This document shows positions 63,913-64,000 of a stretch of 64,000 nt of DNA, piece by piece (within the stretch, counting starts at the first letter, position 1; each line of letters opens with the position of its first letter). This DNA is from Cyanobacteria bacterium P01_F01_bin.150 (GTDB taxonomy: Bacteria > Cyanobacteriota > Cyanobacteriia > CAKZMO01): NCBI GenBank assembly GCA_039189765.1, contig JBCCYL010000020.1:1-64000 (forward strand), given 5' to 3'. Below the pieces are notes generated by a model. The model did not search any database, was not told the origin of the DNA, and was given only the letters and a program-made list of their open reading frames with translations. The position numbers and the translations under genes were made by a program.

Positions 63913-64000
63913 TCAGTCCTATTTAATCGCCCTATTTAACCGATTGCGATCGCCGTCCTGTTCCATTGCGGCTTTTCTGGTATCGAGAATGTTGGCTCAA

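Noticed and set aside
1..64000. HIP1 (GCGATCGC) abundance
   Set aside because: Well-known cyanobacterial genome signature; used only for taxonomic inference.
63913..64000. Possible 3' end of a convergent gene
   Set aside because: Too little sequence to support a call.

Overview
Genomic window from a cyanobacterium, probably filamentous: HIP1 octamer GCGATCGC is abundant, STRR-type repeats are present, and typical gene orders occur (cyclophilin-thiL, efp-accB, purC-bamA-lpxC-fabZ-lpxA-lpxB, thrC-moaD-like). Positions 1-11308 are the 5' part of a giant minus-strand surface/adhesin gene of more than 3,769 aa. It is missing from the ORF track because it runs off the left edge, and it carries DUF4347, six CSPG-like repeats, duplicated Ig-like blocks and DxDGDG Ca-binding repeats. 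The rest mixes housekeeping genes with signalling/conflict-type genes (AAA_35-WD40, HTH-NACHT, Ser/Thr kinase-WD40, vWA), a TpsA-like and a TpsB gene, and a KirBac channel. The most interesting unannotated signals are: (1) a family of about 80-bp MITE-like elements, six candidates, with GG...CC imperfect terminal inverted repeats, a central hairpin whose sequence varies between copies, and 8-10-bp target-site duplications; (2) a divergent HTH-NACHT / NfeD / Zn-ribbon-TM module with repeated candidate operators; (3) a KirBac with a T-to-A change in the K+ filter; (4) an Rrf2/IscR-like palindrome at the thrC-sulfur-carrier promoter; (5) a cutA pseudogene; (6) octamer and heptamer repeat tracts inside coding genes. 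No CRISPR array, tRNA, rRNA or transposase was seen. All protein family calls come from motif recognition, not database searches.
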